Numbered from the stretch's first letter, positions 9,711-19,334 are shown. The stretch: DNA of 64,000 bases from an uncultured Bordetella sp. (GCA_964533495.1 CAZHJU010000009.1:25041-89040); one strand, 5' to 3'. The notes: a model not told the origin generated them from the letters alone. Translations and numbers: made by a program.

Positions 9711-10673
9711 ATGAACCGACATCTGCTGCTCCTGCCGCTGCTCGGCGCCGTACTGGCGCTGCCGGCCGCATCCCAGACCTATCCCGCCAAGCCGGTGCGG
9801 GTGATCGTTCCCTTCCCGCCCGGCGGCCCCACCGACATCGTCACGCGCCTGATGGCGCCGAAAATGTCCGAAGCGCTGGGGCAGCAGGTGGTCGTCGAAA
9901 ACCGCGGCGGCGCCGGCGGCGCCATCGGCACCGAGCAGGTCGCCAAATCGGCGCCCGACGGCTACACGCTGGTGATGGGCACCATCGGCGGCCTCGCGGT
10001 GGCCAAAAGCCTCAACCCCAGGCTCGGCTACGACACCCTGCGCGACCTCGCGCCGATCACCCAGAGCGTGACCGTGACCAGCGTCCTCGTCACCCACCCC
10101 TCGGTGCCGGCGAAAAACGTCAGGGAACTGCTCGCGCTCGCCAAAAAAAGCGGCAACGGGCTGAACTACGCGTCCTCCGGCAACGGCACGATCACCCACC
10201 TCGCCGGCGAACTGCTGAAGCTGATGGGCAAGGTCGACATCTCCCACGTCGCCTACAAGGGCGGCGCGCCGGCACTGGTCGCGCTGGTCTCCGGCGAAGT
10301 CGACATGAGCTACGAAAACAGTCTGATCATCACGCCGCACATCAAGTCGGGCAAGGTCAAGGGACTGGCCGTCACCAGCGCCAAGCGCTCGGCGCTGCTG
10401 CCCGAACTGCCGACCATCGGCGAAACGCTCAAGGGCTACAGCGCCAGCGGCTGGTACGGACTGCTGGCTCCCGCCGCTACGCCGAAGCCGGTGATCACGC
10501 GCCTGCACGCCGAGGCCGTGAAGGCCCTGCGCGCGCCGGACGTCGTCGAAAAACTGTCCGGCCAGGGCGCGGAACCGGCGGCCACCTCGCCCGAGGAGTT
10601 CACGGCTTTCATCCGCAGTGAAACCGAGAAGTGGGCGAACCTGGTCAAGACCGCCAACATGCGCACCAATTGA
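9711..10673 (+). CDS. Bug-family TctC-like substrate-binding protein
   Basis: ATG at 9711 after GGGGAGAA. Signal peptide MNRHLLLLPLLGAVLALPAASQ, then VIVPFPPGGPTDI, NRGGAGG and YKGG. Confidence 0.85.
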   Translation: MNRHLLLLPLLGAVLALPAASQTYPAKPVRVIVPFPPGGPTDIVTRLMAPKMSEALGQQVVVENRGGAGGAIGTEQVAKSAPDGYTLVMGTIGGLAVAKSLNPRLGYDTLRDLAPITQSVTVTSVLVTHPSVPAKNVRELLALAKKSGNGLNYASSGNGTITHLAGELLKLMGKVDISHVAYKGGAPALVALVSGEVDMSYENSLIITPHIKSGKVKGLAVTSAKRSALLPELPTIGETLKGYSASGWYGLLAPAATPKPVITRLHAEAVKALRAPDVVEKLSGQGAEPAATSPEEFTAFIRSETEKWANLVKTANMRTN

Positions 10674-10837
10674 GCGCGGACGACCGGTCTCTCGATGCAC
10701 GGGATGGACCGGGCGGGCAGGATGATGCCGGCGGAATATCCGGCGCGGTTCATCTTTTTTCACCCTGCCCACCCCGCCCATCCCGCTGATTTTTCCTCAA
10801 GGCATTTTTCCTCAAGGCGATTCAATCCCGATCATCC

Positions 10838-12958
10838 ATGACGACCCTGCCCGGCACCGCCCCCGACCTCTCCCGCCTGCTCGACCCGCGCGGCGTCGCC
10901 GTCATCGGCGCCTCCACCGATCTCTCGCGCATCGGCGGCCAGCCGATCAGGCTGCTCACCGAATACGGCTACCGGGGCAAGGTCTATCCGGTCAACCCGA
11001 AATACACGGAGGTCAAGGGGCTCCGCTGTTATCCCGACGTCACCGCGGTGCCGAAACCCTGCGACGTCGCGCTGATCGCGGTGGCGGGCCACCTGGTGCC
11101 GGGGGCGATCGAGCAGTGCGGCAAGGCCGGCATCCCCTTCGCCGTGGTGCTGTCCGCGGGATTCGGCGAGGCCGGCGAGGCCGGCAAGGCACTCAACGAC
11201 AGGCTGCTCGCCGCGGTGAAAACCAGCGGCGTGCGCATCGTCGGGCCGAACTGTCTCGGCCTGATGAACCTGGACGCCGACTTCCGCCTCGGTTTCGGCG
11301 GCACGCTGCAGCTGAAAACGCTGAAACCCGGCCCAATCGCCATGGTCACCCAGTCCGGCGGCTTCGGCTTCGGCGTGGTCGCCGTCGCCTGCTATTACGG
11401 ACTCGGCTTCAACCACGTCGTTTCCACCGGCAACGAGGCCGACCTCACCGCGCTCGACTGGATGGAACACCTGATCGAGCGTCCCGACGTCGAAATCCTC
11501 ACCGCCTTCCTCGAAGGCACCACCGAGGGCGGGCGCCTGCGCCGGCTCGGCGCGCGCGCGCTGGAGCTGGGCAAACCGGTGCTGGTCTGGAAGGTCGGCA
11601 ACACCGACGTCGGCAGCAAGGCCGCGACCTCGCATACCGCGCGGCTGACCGCCGGTTACGAACTGTTCCGCGCCGCGTTCCGGGAAGGCGGCTTCATCGA
11701 GGTGCAGGACGTCGACGATCTCGTGGATTACTGCAAGGCCTTCCGCGCGCGCAAGCTGCCGAAAGGCCGGGGCGTCGGCGTGATGACGCTGTCCGGCGGC
11801 GCCGGCGTGCTGCTCGCCGACCGCTGCGTGGCGCGGGGACTCACCCTGCCGCGGCTTGCCGATGCCACGCGCGAGAAACTGCGCGGCATCGTCGTCGCCT
11901 ACGCCTCCATCGAGAACCCGATCGACACCACCGCGCAGGGCTACAACGACAACTTCGCCTCGTACACCAAAACCATGCGCGAGGTGCTCGCCGATCCCAA
12001 CATCGACGCCATCGTCGCGCGCGCGCCGCGCGGCAGCGTGGCGCAGGCCTGGGCCGAGGGCTTGGTGGAGATGCTGAAAGCCACCGACAAGCCGCTGCTG
12101 CTGAACTGGCCCACTTCGCCCGACGACAACCGCGGCGCGATGGACTACCTCGAGAGCCACGGCGTGCCCTGCATCCTCGCTCCGGGACGCACCGTCGACG
12201 CACTGGCCGCGCTGAACGGCTTCGCCGCCAAGAAGCGTGAATTCGAGGCCCGGCGCGCCCGCGGCGGCAAACGCGCGATCGCCCCGCAGAAGCTGGATCC
12301 GCAGGGTTCGGGCACGCTGGGCGAGCGCGCCTCGAAAGCCCTGCTCCAGGCCTACGGCATCCCGGTCACCGGCGAAAAGCTGCTGGCGCCGGAGGCGGTG
12401 GAAAAACTCGCCGCCGCACCGCTGCCATTCCCGCTGGCGGTGAAAATCGAATCCGCGGACATCCCGCACAAGACCGAGGCCGGCGTGATCCGGCTGAACG
12501 TCACCAGCCTCGACGGCCTGAAGCAGGCCGCGCGCGAGGTGCTCGCCGCGGCGCGGGCGTACAAGGCCGATGCGCGCATCGACGGCATCCTGGTGCAGCA
12601 GATGGCCACCGGCGAGGAGGTCATCGCAGGCGCGGTCAACGATCCGCATTTCGGCCCGCTGATCGCGGTCGGGCTCGGCGGCGTGTTCACCGAAATCATG
12701 CACGACGTCACCCACCGCTACGCGCCCTTCGACGCCGAAACGGCGAAAGCGATGATCCATGAAATCAGGGGCGTGAAGCTGTTGCAGGGCTACCGCGGCA
12801 GGCCGGCCTGCGACATCGACGCGCTGGCCGATGCGCTGTCGCGGCTGTCGCTGCTCGCCGCGGACCATGCCGGCCGCATCGCCGAGATCGACATCAACCC
12901 GCTGTTCGTCAACGCCTCCGGCGTGGTCGCCGCCGACGCGCTGGTGGTGCTCAAATGA
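10838..12958 (+). CDS. ADP-forming acyl-CoA synthetase family protein (CoA-binding + ATP-grasp domains)
   Basis: 706 aa. N-terminal CoA-binding region (PRGVAVIGASTDLSRIGG...VYPVNPKY), succinyl-CoA-ligase-like middle region and a C-terminal ATP-grasp region. Confidence 0.8.
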   Translation: MTTLPGTAPDLSRLLDPRGVAVIGASTDLSRIGGQPIRLLTEYGYRGKVYPVNPKYTEVKGLRCYPDVTAVPKPCDVALIAVAGHLVPGAIEQCGKAGIPFAVVLSAGFGEAGEAGKALNDRLLAAVKTSGVRIVGPNCLGLMNLDADFRLGFGGTLQLKTLKPGPIAMVTQSGGFGFGVVAVACYYGLGFNHVVSTGNEADLTALDWMEHLIERPDVEILTAFLEGTTEGGRLRRLGARALELGKPVLVWKVGNTDVGSKAATSHTARLTAGYELFRAAFREGGFIEVQDVDDLVDYCKAFRARKLPKGRGVGVMTLSGGAGVLLADRCVARGLTLPRLADATREKLRGIVVAYASIENPIDTTAQGYNDNFASYTKTMREVLADPNIDAIVARAPRGSVAQAWAEGLVEMLKATDKPLLLNWPTSPDDNRGAMDYLESHGVPCILAPGRTVDALAALNGFAAKKREFEARRARGGKRAIAPQKLDPQGSGTLGERASKALLQAYGIPVTGEKLLAPEAVEKLAAAPLPFPLAVKIESADIPHKTEAGVIRLNVTSLDGLKQAAREVLAAARAYKADARIDGILVQQMATGEEVIAGAVNDPHFGPLIAVGLGGVFTEIMHDVTHRYAPFDAETAKAMIHEIRGVKLLQGYRGRPACDIDALADALSRLSLLAADHAGRIAEIDINPLFVNASGVVAADALVVLK

Positions 12959-13953
12959 ACGGCCCGTTCAGGACCCGCATCACCGAGCTCTACGGCATCC
13001 GCCTGCCCGTCGTCGCCAGCGGCCTGATGTGGCTGGCCGACCCGGTCTACGTCGCCGCGGTCGCGCGCGCGGGGCTGATCGGCTTCATGACCGCGGCCAG
13101 CTTTCCCGACGTGCAGGCGCTGCGCGCGGGCATCCGCCGCTGCCGCGAACTCGCCGCGGGCGGGCCCTTCGGCGTCAACATCATGATCCGCGTCAGCCGC
13201 GACGGCACGGACCGCGTCAACCCGCTGATCGACGCGGTGATCGAGGAAGGCGTGAAGTTCGTCGAAACCGCCGGCAACAACCCCGAAGCCTACATCCGGC
13301 GGCTGAAGGACGCCGGCATCACCGTGCTGCACAAGGTGCCCGGCGTGCTGCGCTACGTGAAGAAGGCGGAGTCCCTCGGCGCCGACGCGGTGACCGTGAT
13401 CGGCGCCGAGGCCGGCGGACATCCCGGCATCGAACCGGTGGGCACCATCGTTGCCGGCGTCTCCGCCGCGCGCGCGGTCGGGATTCCGGTGATCGTCGCC
13501 GGCGGCCTCGGCACCGGCGAACAGCTGGTGGCGGCGCTGGCGCTGGGCGCCGAAGGCGTCGCGATGGGCACCCGTTTCCTGGTGGCCGAGGAAGTCTGGG
13601 CGCACCGCCAGTACAAGGAGCGCCTGGTCGCCGCCGGCGAAACCGACACGACACTGCTGCTGCAATCGATGCGCAACACGCAGCGCGCGCTGAAAACCGC
13701 GCATGTCGCGATGATCCAGCAACTCGAGAAGGATGAACCCGGCAACACCGCCGCGCTGCTGCCGCACATCATGGGCACGGTCGGCCGCAAGGCCTATGAA
13801 TGCGGCGACGTCGAGAAGGCGATGCTATCCTGCGGCCAGAGCGTGGTGTTCGCCGACAGGATCGAGCCGCTGGCGGCGATCGTCGACCGCCTCGAGGCCG
13901 AAGCCCGCGCGGCGATGAGCCGCCTGCAACGCATTTACCAACCGCCCGCCTGA
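12955..13953 (+). CDS. NAD(P)H-dependent flavin oxidoreductase / nitronate monooxygenase family
   Basis: 332 aa. The start overlaps the upstream stop (ATGA). GIRLPVVASGLMW..., GAEAGGH and IPVIVAGG motifs match the NMO TIM-barrel family. Confidence 0.8.
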   Translation: MNGPFRTRITELYGIRLPVVASGLMWLADPVYVAAVARAGLIGFMTAASFPDVQALRAGIRRCRELAAGGPFGVNIMIRVSRDGTDRVNPLIDAVIEEGVKFVETAGNNPEAYIRRLKDAGITVLHKVPGVLRYVKKAESLGADAVTVIGAEAGGHPGIEPVGTIVAGVSAARAVGIPVIVAGGLGTGEQLVAALALGAEGVAMGTRFLVAEEVWAHRQYKERLVAAGETDTTLLLQSMRNTQRALKTAHVAMIQQLEKDEPGNTAALLPHIMGTVGRKAYECGDVEKAMLSCGQSVVFADRIEPLAAIVDRLEAEARAAMSRLQRIYQPPA

Positions 13954-13989
13954 TCCGGGGAGCGGATACACACCGCAGGAGAACGTTCC

Positions 13990-14952
13990 ATGAAATTGCG
14001 CAGGCTGCTGTTTTTCATTGCATTTATGACAACCCCGGGGCTGGCGGTCGCGCAGGCCTATCCCAACAAGACGGTGCGGCTGATCGTGCCCTTTGCCGCC
14101 GGCGGCAGCACCGACGTGATCGCGCGCGTGCTCGCGCCGCGGCTGGCCGATGCGTGGGGACAGCAGGTCATCGTCGACAACCGTCCCGGCGGCAACACCA
14201 CGATCGGCACCGAGATCGTCGCCAAGGCGGCGCCCGACGGCCACACGCTGCTGGTGACCCCGGCGCCCTTCACCGTCGTGCCCAGCGTGCTGAAAAAACT
14301 GCCCTACGATCCGGCGAAGGACTTCGAGCCGATCACGCTGATCAACACCACGCCGATGGGGCTGGTGGTGCATCCCGGCGTGCCGGCGAAAAACGTCAGG
14401 GAACTGGTCGCGCTCGCCAAGGCAAGGCCGGTGCAGATGAATTTCGCGTCCTCCGGCAACGGCGGCGTGCCCCATCTCTCCGGCGAACTGCTCAATGCCA
14501 TGGCCGGCGTGAAGATGATGCACGTGCCGTACAAGGGCAATGCGCCGGCGCTGGTGGACCTCGTCGGCGGCCACGTCGACATGGCCTTCAACGGCCTGAC
14601 TTCGGTGATGCCCTTCATCAAGTCCGGCCGCCTGCGCGTGATCGGTGTCACCAGCATCAACCGCACCGCCGCGCTGCCCGAGGTGCCCACGCTCGACGAG
14701 CAGGGACTGAAAGGCTTCCAGGCCGTGGCCTGGAACGGGCTTACCGCGCCGGCGCGCACCCCGAAGGACGCGATCGCCAAAATCGCCGACAGCGCCGTGC
14801 GCATCGTGAAATCGCCGGAACTCGCCGAGCAGCTCAAGCGCGACGGCTCCGATCCGGTCGGCAGCAACACCGCCGAGTTCGTCGCCCACCTGCGCGATGA
14901 GGTCGCCAAGTGGAAGAAAGTGCTCGAGCGCGCCGGCATCACGTCATTCTGA
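13990..14952 (+). CDS. Bug-family TctC-like substrate-binding protein
   Basis: 320 aa. Signal peptide MKLRRLLFFIAFMTTPGLAVAQA, then LIVPFAAGGSTDV, NRPGGN and YKGN. Confidence 0.85.
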   Translation: MKLRRLLFFIAFMTTPGLAVAQAYPNKTVRLIVPFAAGGSTDVIARVLAPRLADAWGQQVIVDNRPGGNTTIGTEIVAKAAPDGHTLLVTPAPFTVVPSVLKKLPYDPAKDFEPITLINTTPMGLVVHPGVPAKNVRELVALAKARPVQMNFASSGNGGVPHLSGELLNAMAGVKMMHVPYKGNAPALVDLVGGHVDMAFNGLTSVMPFIKSGRLRVIGVTSINRTAALPEVPTLDEQGLKGFQAVAWNGLTAPARTPKDAIAKIADSAVRIVKSPELAEQLKRDGSDPVGSNTAEFVAHLRDEVAKWKKVLERAGITSF

Positions 14953-14974
14953 TCCGCAGGCACGGGGAATCCGC

Positions 14975-15745
14975 ATGAGCATCAAGGTCACCATCGACGA
15001 AGGCATCGCCACCGTGCTGCTCGACCGTGCCGACAAGCTGAACGCGTTGTCCGGCGGGATGTACCACGAGCTGGCCGATGCCTTCCGCAGGCTCAACGAG
15101 GACGACGCGGTGCGCGTCGTGCTGCTGACCGGCGCCGGCCGCGCCTTCTGCGCCGGCGGCGACGTCGGCTCGATGGGCGGCTACGACGTGGTCAGCGGCC
15201 GCAGGCGCTCGAAGGGCCACCAGCAGATGATCCTCGCGCTGCACCACCTCGAAAAACCGGTCATCGCCGCGGTGCGCGGCCCGGCCGCGGGCATCGGCGC
15301 CAGCATGGCTCTTGCTTGTGACCTGATCGTTGCCAGCGAAACCGCCTACCTGCTGATGGCCTTCAAGAACGTCGGCATTCCACCGGACGGCGGCGCGATC
15401 TATTTCCTGACCCAGCACCTGGGGCTCGCCCGCGCCAAGGAAATCGTCTACAGCGCGCGCAAGCTGCCGGCGGCCGAGGCGAAGGACATGGGCCTGGTCG
15501 GCAGGGTCGTCCCGGACGACCGACTGGAAGAAGAGTCCCTCGCGCTGGCGCGCGAGATCGCCGGCTCCGCGACCTACGCGCTGACGCTGGCCAAACGCAT
15601 GTTCCAGTACATGTACGTGCCGACGCTGGAGCAGCTTCTCGAAATGGAAGTGCTGGCGGTCTGCGGCGCGCGCATGACCGAAGACCATGTCGAGGGCGTC
15701 ACCGCCTTCAAGGAAAAACGCAAACCGAAGTTCAGGGGCAAATAG
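14975..15745 (+). CDS. enoyl-CoA hydratase/isomerase family protein
   Basis: ATG at 14975 (MSIKVTIDEGIATVLLDRADKLNAL). It has the crotonase signature LTGAGRAFCAGGDV. Confidence 0.85.
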   Translation: MSIKVTIDEGIATVLLDRADKLNALSGGMYHELADAFRRLNEDDAVRVVLLTGAGRAFCAGGDVGSMGGYDVVSGRRRSKGHQQMILALHHLEKPVIAAVRGPAAGIGASMALACDLIVASETAYLLMAFKNVGIPPDGGAIYFLTQHLGLARAKEIVYSARKLPAAEAKDMGLVGRVVPDDRLEEESLALAREIAGSATYALTLAKRMFQYMYVPTLEQLLEMEVLAVCGARMTEDHVEGVTAFKEKRKPKFRGK

Positions 15746-15760
15746 GACAAGGACGGGCCG

Positions 15761-17383
15761 ATGAGCGAATGGAAAAAGCAGACCCTCGCCGGATTCCTCG
15801 CCGCCACGGCCGCCGCGCACGCGCAGGACGAGGCGCTGGTGATCGCCGGGCGGCGGCTGACCTGGGCCGAACTGCGCGACAACGTGCGCGAGGTCGCCCG
15901 CGGCCTGCGCGCGCTGGGCATCGGGCGCGGCGACCATGTCGCGGTGTGCATGGGCAATTCGCTCGAATGGGTGATCTTCTTTTATGCCGCCGCGACCATC
16001 GGCGCGGTGACGGTGCCGGTCAACACCCGCTTCAAGGCCGACGAAATGGCCTACTGCCTGAAGCAGGCCGACGTGAAACTGCTGTTCATCACCGACCGCT
16101 TCCTGAAAATCGACTTCATCGCGATGCTGCGCGGCATCTGCCCCGCGGTGGACCGCGCGCTGCCCGATCCGGCGCTGCCGCTGCTGCGGACCGTCGTCGT
16201 GCTGGGGCAGGACGTGCCTTCCGGCGCCGTCACCTTCGCCGACCTGCTGGCCCGGGGCGCGGCGTTCGACGAGGCATACCCGGAAGAAGTCAAACCCGAC
16301 GACGCGCTGCTGATGCAGTTCACCTCCGGCACCACCTCGCATCCCAAGGGCGTGATGCTGAGCCACGACAACATGCTGCGCAACGCCTTCCACGTCGCCG
16401 CGCGTTTCCATCTGAAGGCCGGCGACCGCTACTACAGCGCGCGCCCCTACTACCACGTCGCCGGCACCACGCTGTCGCTGCTCGCGGCCCTGACCACCGG
16501 CGCCTGCCTGCTGTCCTCGCCGACCTTCGAGCCCGAGGAGGCGCTGTCGACAATGTGGAGCGAGGAATGCACGCACACCTCGGGCAACGACACCATGTTC
16601 CTGATGATGCTGAACCATCCCAAGTTCGCGCAGTACCCGCTGAAGCTGCGCAACGGCTGGGTCTCCTGCGGTCCCGAGGTCTCGCGCCGCGTCGTCGAGC
16701 AGATGGGCATGAAGGGGCTGGTCCAGGCCTACGGCCTGTCCGAAGCCTCGCCCAACGTCTGCATGTCGCGCCACGATGACGATCCCGAGAAGCGCATCGA
16801 GGGCTGGGCGCACATCCTCGACGGCGTGGAAGTGCGGCTGGTCGACCCCGAAACCGGCTCCGTGCAACCGCCGGGCAGGACGGGCGAGATCCAGGTCCGC
16901 GGCTGGAGCGTGATGCAGGGCTATTACAAGATGCCGGAACAGACGGCGAAGGCCATCGACGCCGAAGGCTGGCTGCACACCGGCGATCTCGGCGTCATGG
17001 ACGACGAGGGCCGGCTGAAATTCATCACGCGCATCAAGGACGTGTTCCGCGTCGGCGGCGAAAACGTCGCGCCGGCGGAAGTGGAGGACGTGCTGCACCG
17101 GCATCCGAAAATCAAGCAGGCCCAGGTCATCGGCGTGCCCGACCCGCGGCTGATCGAAGTGCCGGCGGCGTACGTGATCCTCAACGAGGGCGAGACCGCG
17201 ACGCCGGAAGAACTGATCACGTGGAGCCGGGAACGGCTCGCCAACTTCCGCGTGCCGCGCTACCTGAAGCTCATCGACAGCTTCGAGAACATCGGCATGA
17301 CCGGCAGCTCGAAGGTGCAGAAGAACAAGCTGCGCGCGCAGGCGCTGATCGATTTTGGCCTGGAAGAGACAAAAAAAACCTGA
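15761..17383 (+). CDS. AMP-dependent acyl-CoA synthetase/ligase
   Basis: 540 aa. AMP-binding motif LMQFTSGTTSHPKGVMLSH, plus later TGDLG and GENV.. motifs. Confidence 0.9.
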   Translation: MSEWKKQTLAGFLAATAAAHAQDEALVIAGRRLTWAELRDNVREVARGLRALGIGRGDHVAVCMGNSLEWVIFFYAAATIGAVTVPVNTRFKADEMAYCLKQADVKLLFITDRFLKIDFIAMLRGICPAVDRALPDPALPLLRTVVVLGQDVPSGAVTFADLLARGAAFDEAYPEEVKPDDALLMQFTSGTTSHPKGVMLSHDNMLRNAFHVAARFHLKAGDRYYSARPYYHVAGTTLSLLAALTTGACLLSSPTFEPEEALSTMWSEECTHTSGNDTMFLMMLNHPKFAQYPLKLRNGWVSCGPEVSRRVVEQMGMKGLVQAYGLSEASPNVCMSRHDDDPEKRIEGWAHILDGVEVRLVDPETGSVQPPGRTGEIQVRGWSVMQGYYKMPEQTAKAIDAEGWLHTGDLGVMDDEGRLKFITRIKDVFRVGGENVAPAEVEDVLHRHPKIKQAQVIGVPDPRLIEVPAAYVILNEGETATPEELITWSRERLANFRVPRYLKLIDSFENIGMTGSSKVQKNKLRAQALIDFGLEETKKT

Positions 17384-17385
17384 CC

Positions 17386-17570
17386 GCAGAGGACACAAAG
17401 AAAAACCCGGACAATCCGTCATTCCGGCGCAGGCCGGAATCCAGGAACATGCCACGATCCGTTCTGGATTCCGGCTCGCCCCACCAAGGGGACTTCCTTC
17501 GGGGCGCGCTTCGCGCGTCCGGAACGACGTATTTTATAAGCACTTGATTTTATTGATATTTTTCGTATCA
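17386..17570 (+). repeat. composite intergenic repeat: GC-rich palindromic module (GTCATTCCGG..CCGGAATCCAG..CTGGATTCCGG) followed by an AT-rich module
   Basis: It aligns module by module with the reverse complement of 32647..32812: CAGAG..AAACCC lead-in, GTCATTCCGGCG-N-GCCGGAATCCAG, CTGGATTCCGG, TCCGGAAyGAC, then TATAAryAyTTGATTTTATTGATATTTTT. It ends 20 nt before the 17590 start codon. Confidence 0.75.
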
Positions 17571-17589
17571 CCTCGAGAAGGAGCTGCAG

Positions 17590-17979
17590 ATGTCTGACCT
17601 GACGAAACAATCCCCGCTCGGCACCTACGTCGAGCATTTAAAGAAAGGCGAACTGGCCTACCAGGTGTGCAAGGACGACAACAAGGCGTTCTTCTACCCG
17701 CGCGCGGTGGCGCCGGAAACCGGCAGCGGCAACCTGGAATGGAAGGTGTCAAAAGGGCTGGGCACCGTCTACACGACCACGGTCGTGCACTACAAGGGCG
17801 AGCCGCCGCTGAACGTGGCGATGATCGACATGGACGAGGGTTTCCGCCTGATGAGCCGGGTCGAGGACATCGACGCAATGGCCGTGAAAATCGGCATGCG
17901 GGTCAAATTCAGGGCGCATCCGGGCGACGAGAAGACCCTGCCCTATCCTGTATTCACGCCCGCGGGAGACACCAAATGA
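17590..17979 (+). CDS. DUF35-type OB-fold protein (thiolase partner)
   Basis: 129 aa after a GAAGGAG RBS. It is translationally coupled (ATGA) to the thiolase-like gene, which is the usual DUF35/SCP-x-thiolase pairing. Confidence 0.65.
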   Translation: MSDLTKQSPLGTYVEHLKKGELAYQVCKDDNKAFFYPRAVAPETGSGNLEWKVSKGLGTVYTTTVVHYKGEPPLNVAMIDMDEGFRLMSRVEDIDAMAVKIGMRVKFRAHPGDEKTLPYPVFTPAGDTK

Positions 17980-19133
17980 CGAACATGCTCAAACGCGGCG
18001 CGATCGCCGTGGTCGGCGCCGCCGAATCCGACCTGGGCCAGGTGGCCCCGCTGACTTCCCCCGTGGACCTGATGGCGCAGGCGACGATGCGTGCGCTGGA
18101 CGACTGCGGCCTGACGCTGAAGGATGTCGACGCGCTGTATGTGGCCGCCACCCAGGTGCGCATGGGCCCGATGTCGCTGGCCGAATACCTGCGCATCAAG
18201 CCCAGGGTCTTCGACGGCACCCAGATCGGCGGCTCGTCGTTCATGACCCACGTCGCCCACGCCCAGATGGCGATCCAGCTCGGGCTGTGCGAAGTGGCGG
18301 TGATCGCCTACGGCAGCACCCAGCGCTCGGTGTCGCGCGCCGCGGCCAGCCCGCGAGAATTCAATCCCGACGAGACCCGGTACCGGCCCATCCTGCCGAT
18401 CAGCGCCTACGCGATGGCGGCGGCCCGCCACATGCACCAGTACGGCACGACCCGCGAGCATCTGGCCGAGGTGGCCGTCGCCGCCCGGAAATGGGCGCTG
18501 ATGAACCCCAAGGCCTGGGAGAAGGAACCGCTGACCATCGAACAGGCGCTCAACGCCCGGATGGTGTCCTATCCCTTCACGGTGCGCGACTGCTGCCTGG
18601 TGGTCGACGGCGGCGGCGCCATCGTGCTGACCTCCGCGGCACGGGCCAAAACCCTGAAAAAGAAACCGGTCTACGTGCTCGGTGTCGGTGAAACGCTGTC
18701 GCACGCCAACATCTCCAGCATGCCGGACTTCACCGTCACCGGCGCCGCGGTCTCCGGCCCGCAGGCTTTCAGAATGGCCGGCGTCGCGCAAAAGGATGTC
18801 AAGATGCTGTCGCTCTACGACGCCTTCACGATCACGCCGATCCTGTTCCTCGAGGACCTCGGCTTCGTGCCGAAGGGTGAAGGCGGCCGCTTCGTCGCCA
18901 ACGGCGGCATCGCCCCCGGCGGCAAGCTGGCGGTCAACACCTCGGGCGGCGGCCTGTCGTATTGCCACCCCGGCATGTACGGCCTGCTGGTGATGATCGA
19001 GGCCATCCGCCAGGTCCGCGGCGAATGCGGCGAGCGCCAGGTCAAGGGCTGCGACGTGGCCCTGGCGCACGGCAACGGTGGCGTCATGTCCAGTCAGTGC
19101 ACCGTCATCTTCGGTTCTGAAAATACTCTCTGA
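17976..19133 (+). CDS. thiolase-like protein (SCP-x / non-specific lipid-transfer type)
   Basis: ATG at 17976 (MTNMLKRGAIAVVGAAESDLGQ...). It has a thiolase-fold C-terminus (NTSGGGLSYCHPGMYG...HGNGGVMSSQ). Confidence 0.8.
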   Translation: MTNMLKRGAIAVVGAAESDLGQVAPLTSPVDLMAQATMRALDDCGLTLKDVDALYVAATQVRMGPMSLAEYLRIKPRVFDGTQIGGSSFMTHVAHAQMAIQLGLCEVAVIAYGSTQRSVSRAAASPREFNPDETRYRPILPISAYAMAAARHMHQYGTTREHLAEVAVAARKWALMNPKAWEKEPLTIEQALNARMVSYPFTVRDCCLVVDGGGAIVLTSAARAKTLKKKPVYVLGVGETLSHANISSMPDFTVTGAAVSGPQAFRMAGVAQKDVKMLSLYDAFTITPILFLEDLGFVPKGEGGRFVANGGIAPGGKLAVNTSGGGLSYCHPGMYGLLVMIEAIRQVRGECGERQVKGCDVALAHGNGGVMSSQCTVIFGSENTL

Positions 19134-19210
19134 TGCCGTGCGCACGATCACCTGCGGGGTCGCATCCCCGGACTTGCGTCCGGGGCCCCTGCTCCGCCCT
19201 GCGGTGATCG

Positions 19211-19274
19211 CGGCAACGGTGGCGTCATGTCCAGCCAGTGCACGGTCATCTTCGTTTCGGAAAACATGCTGTAA
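19211..19274 (+). pseudogene. relic duplicate of the thiolase 3' end
   Basis: CGGCAACGGTGGCGTCATGTCCAGCCAGTGCACGGTCATCTTCG...TAA closely matches 19070..19133, the end of the intact gene. It would encode GNGGVMSSQCTVIFVSENML* versus GNGGVMSSQCTVIFGSENTL*. Confidence 0.7.
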
Positions 19275-19334
19275 TCGGGCCCGGGATGCCGGCATCCGTC
19301 TGCATCCCGCCTGCCACCGCTGGAGAACAGCACG

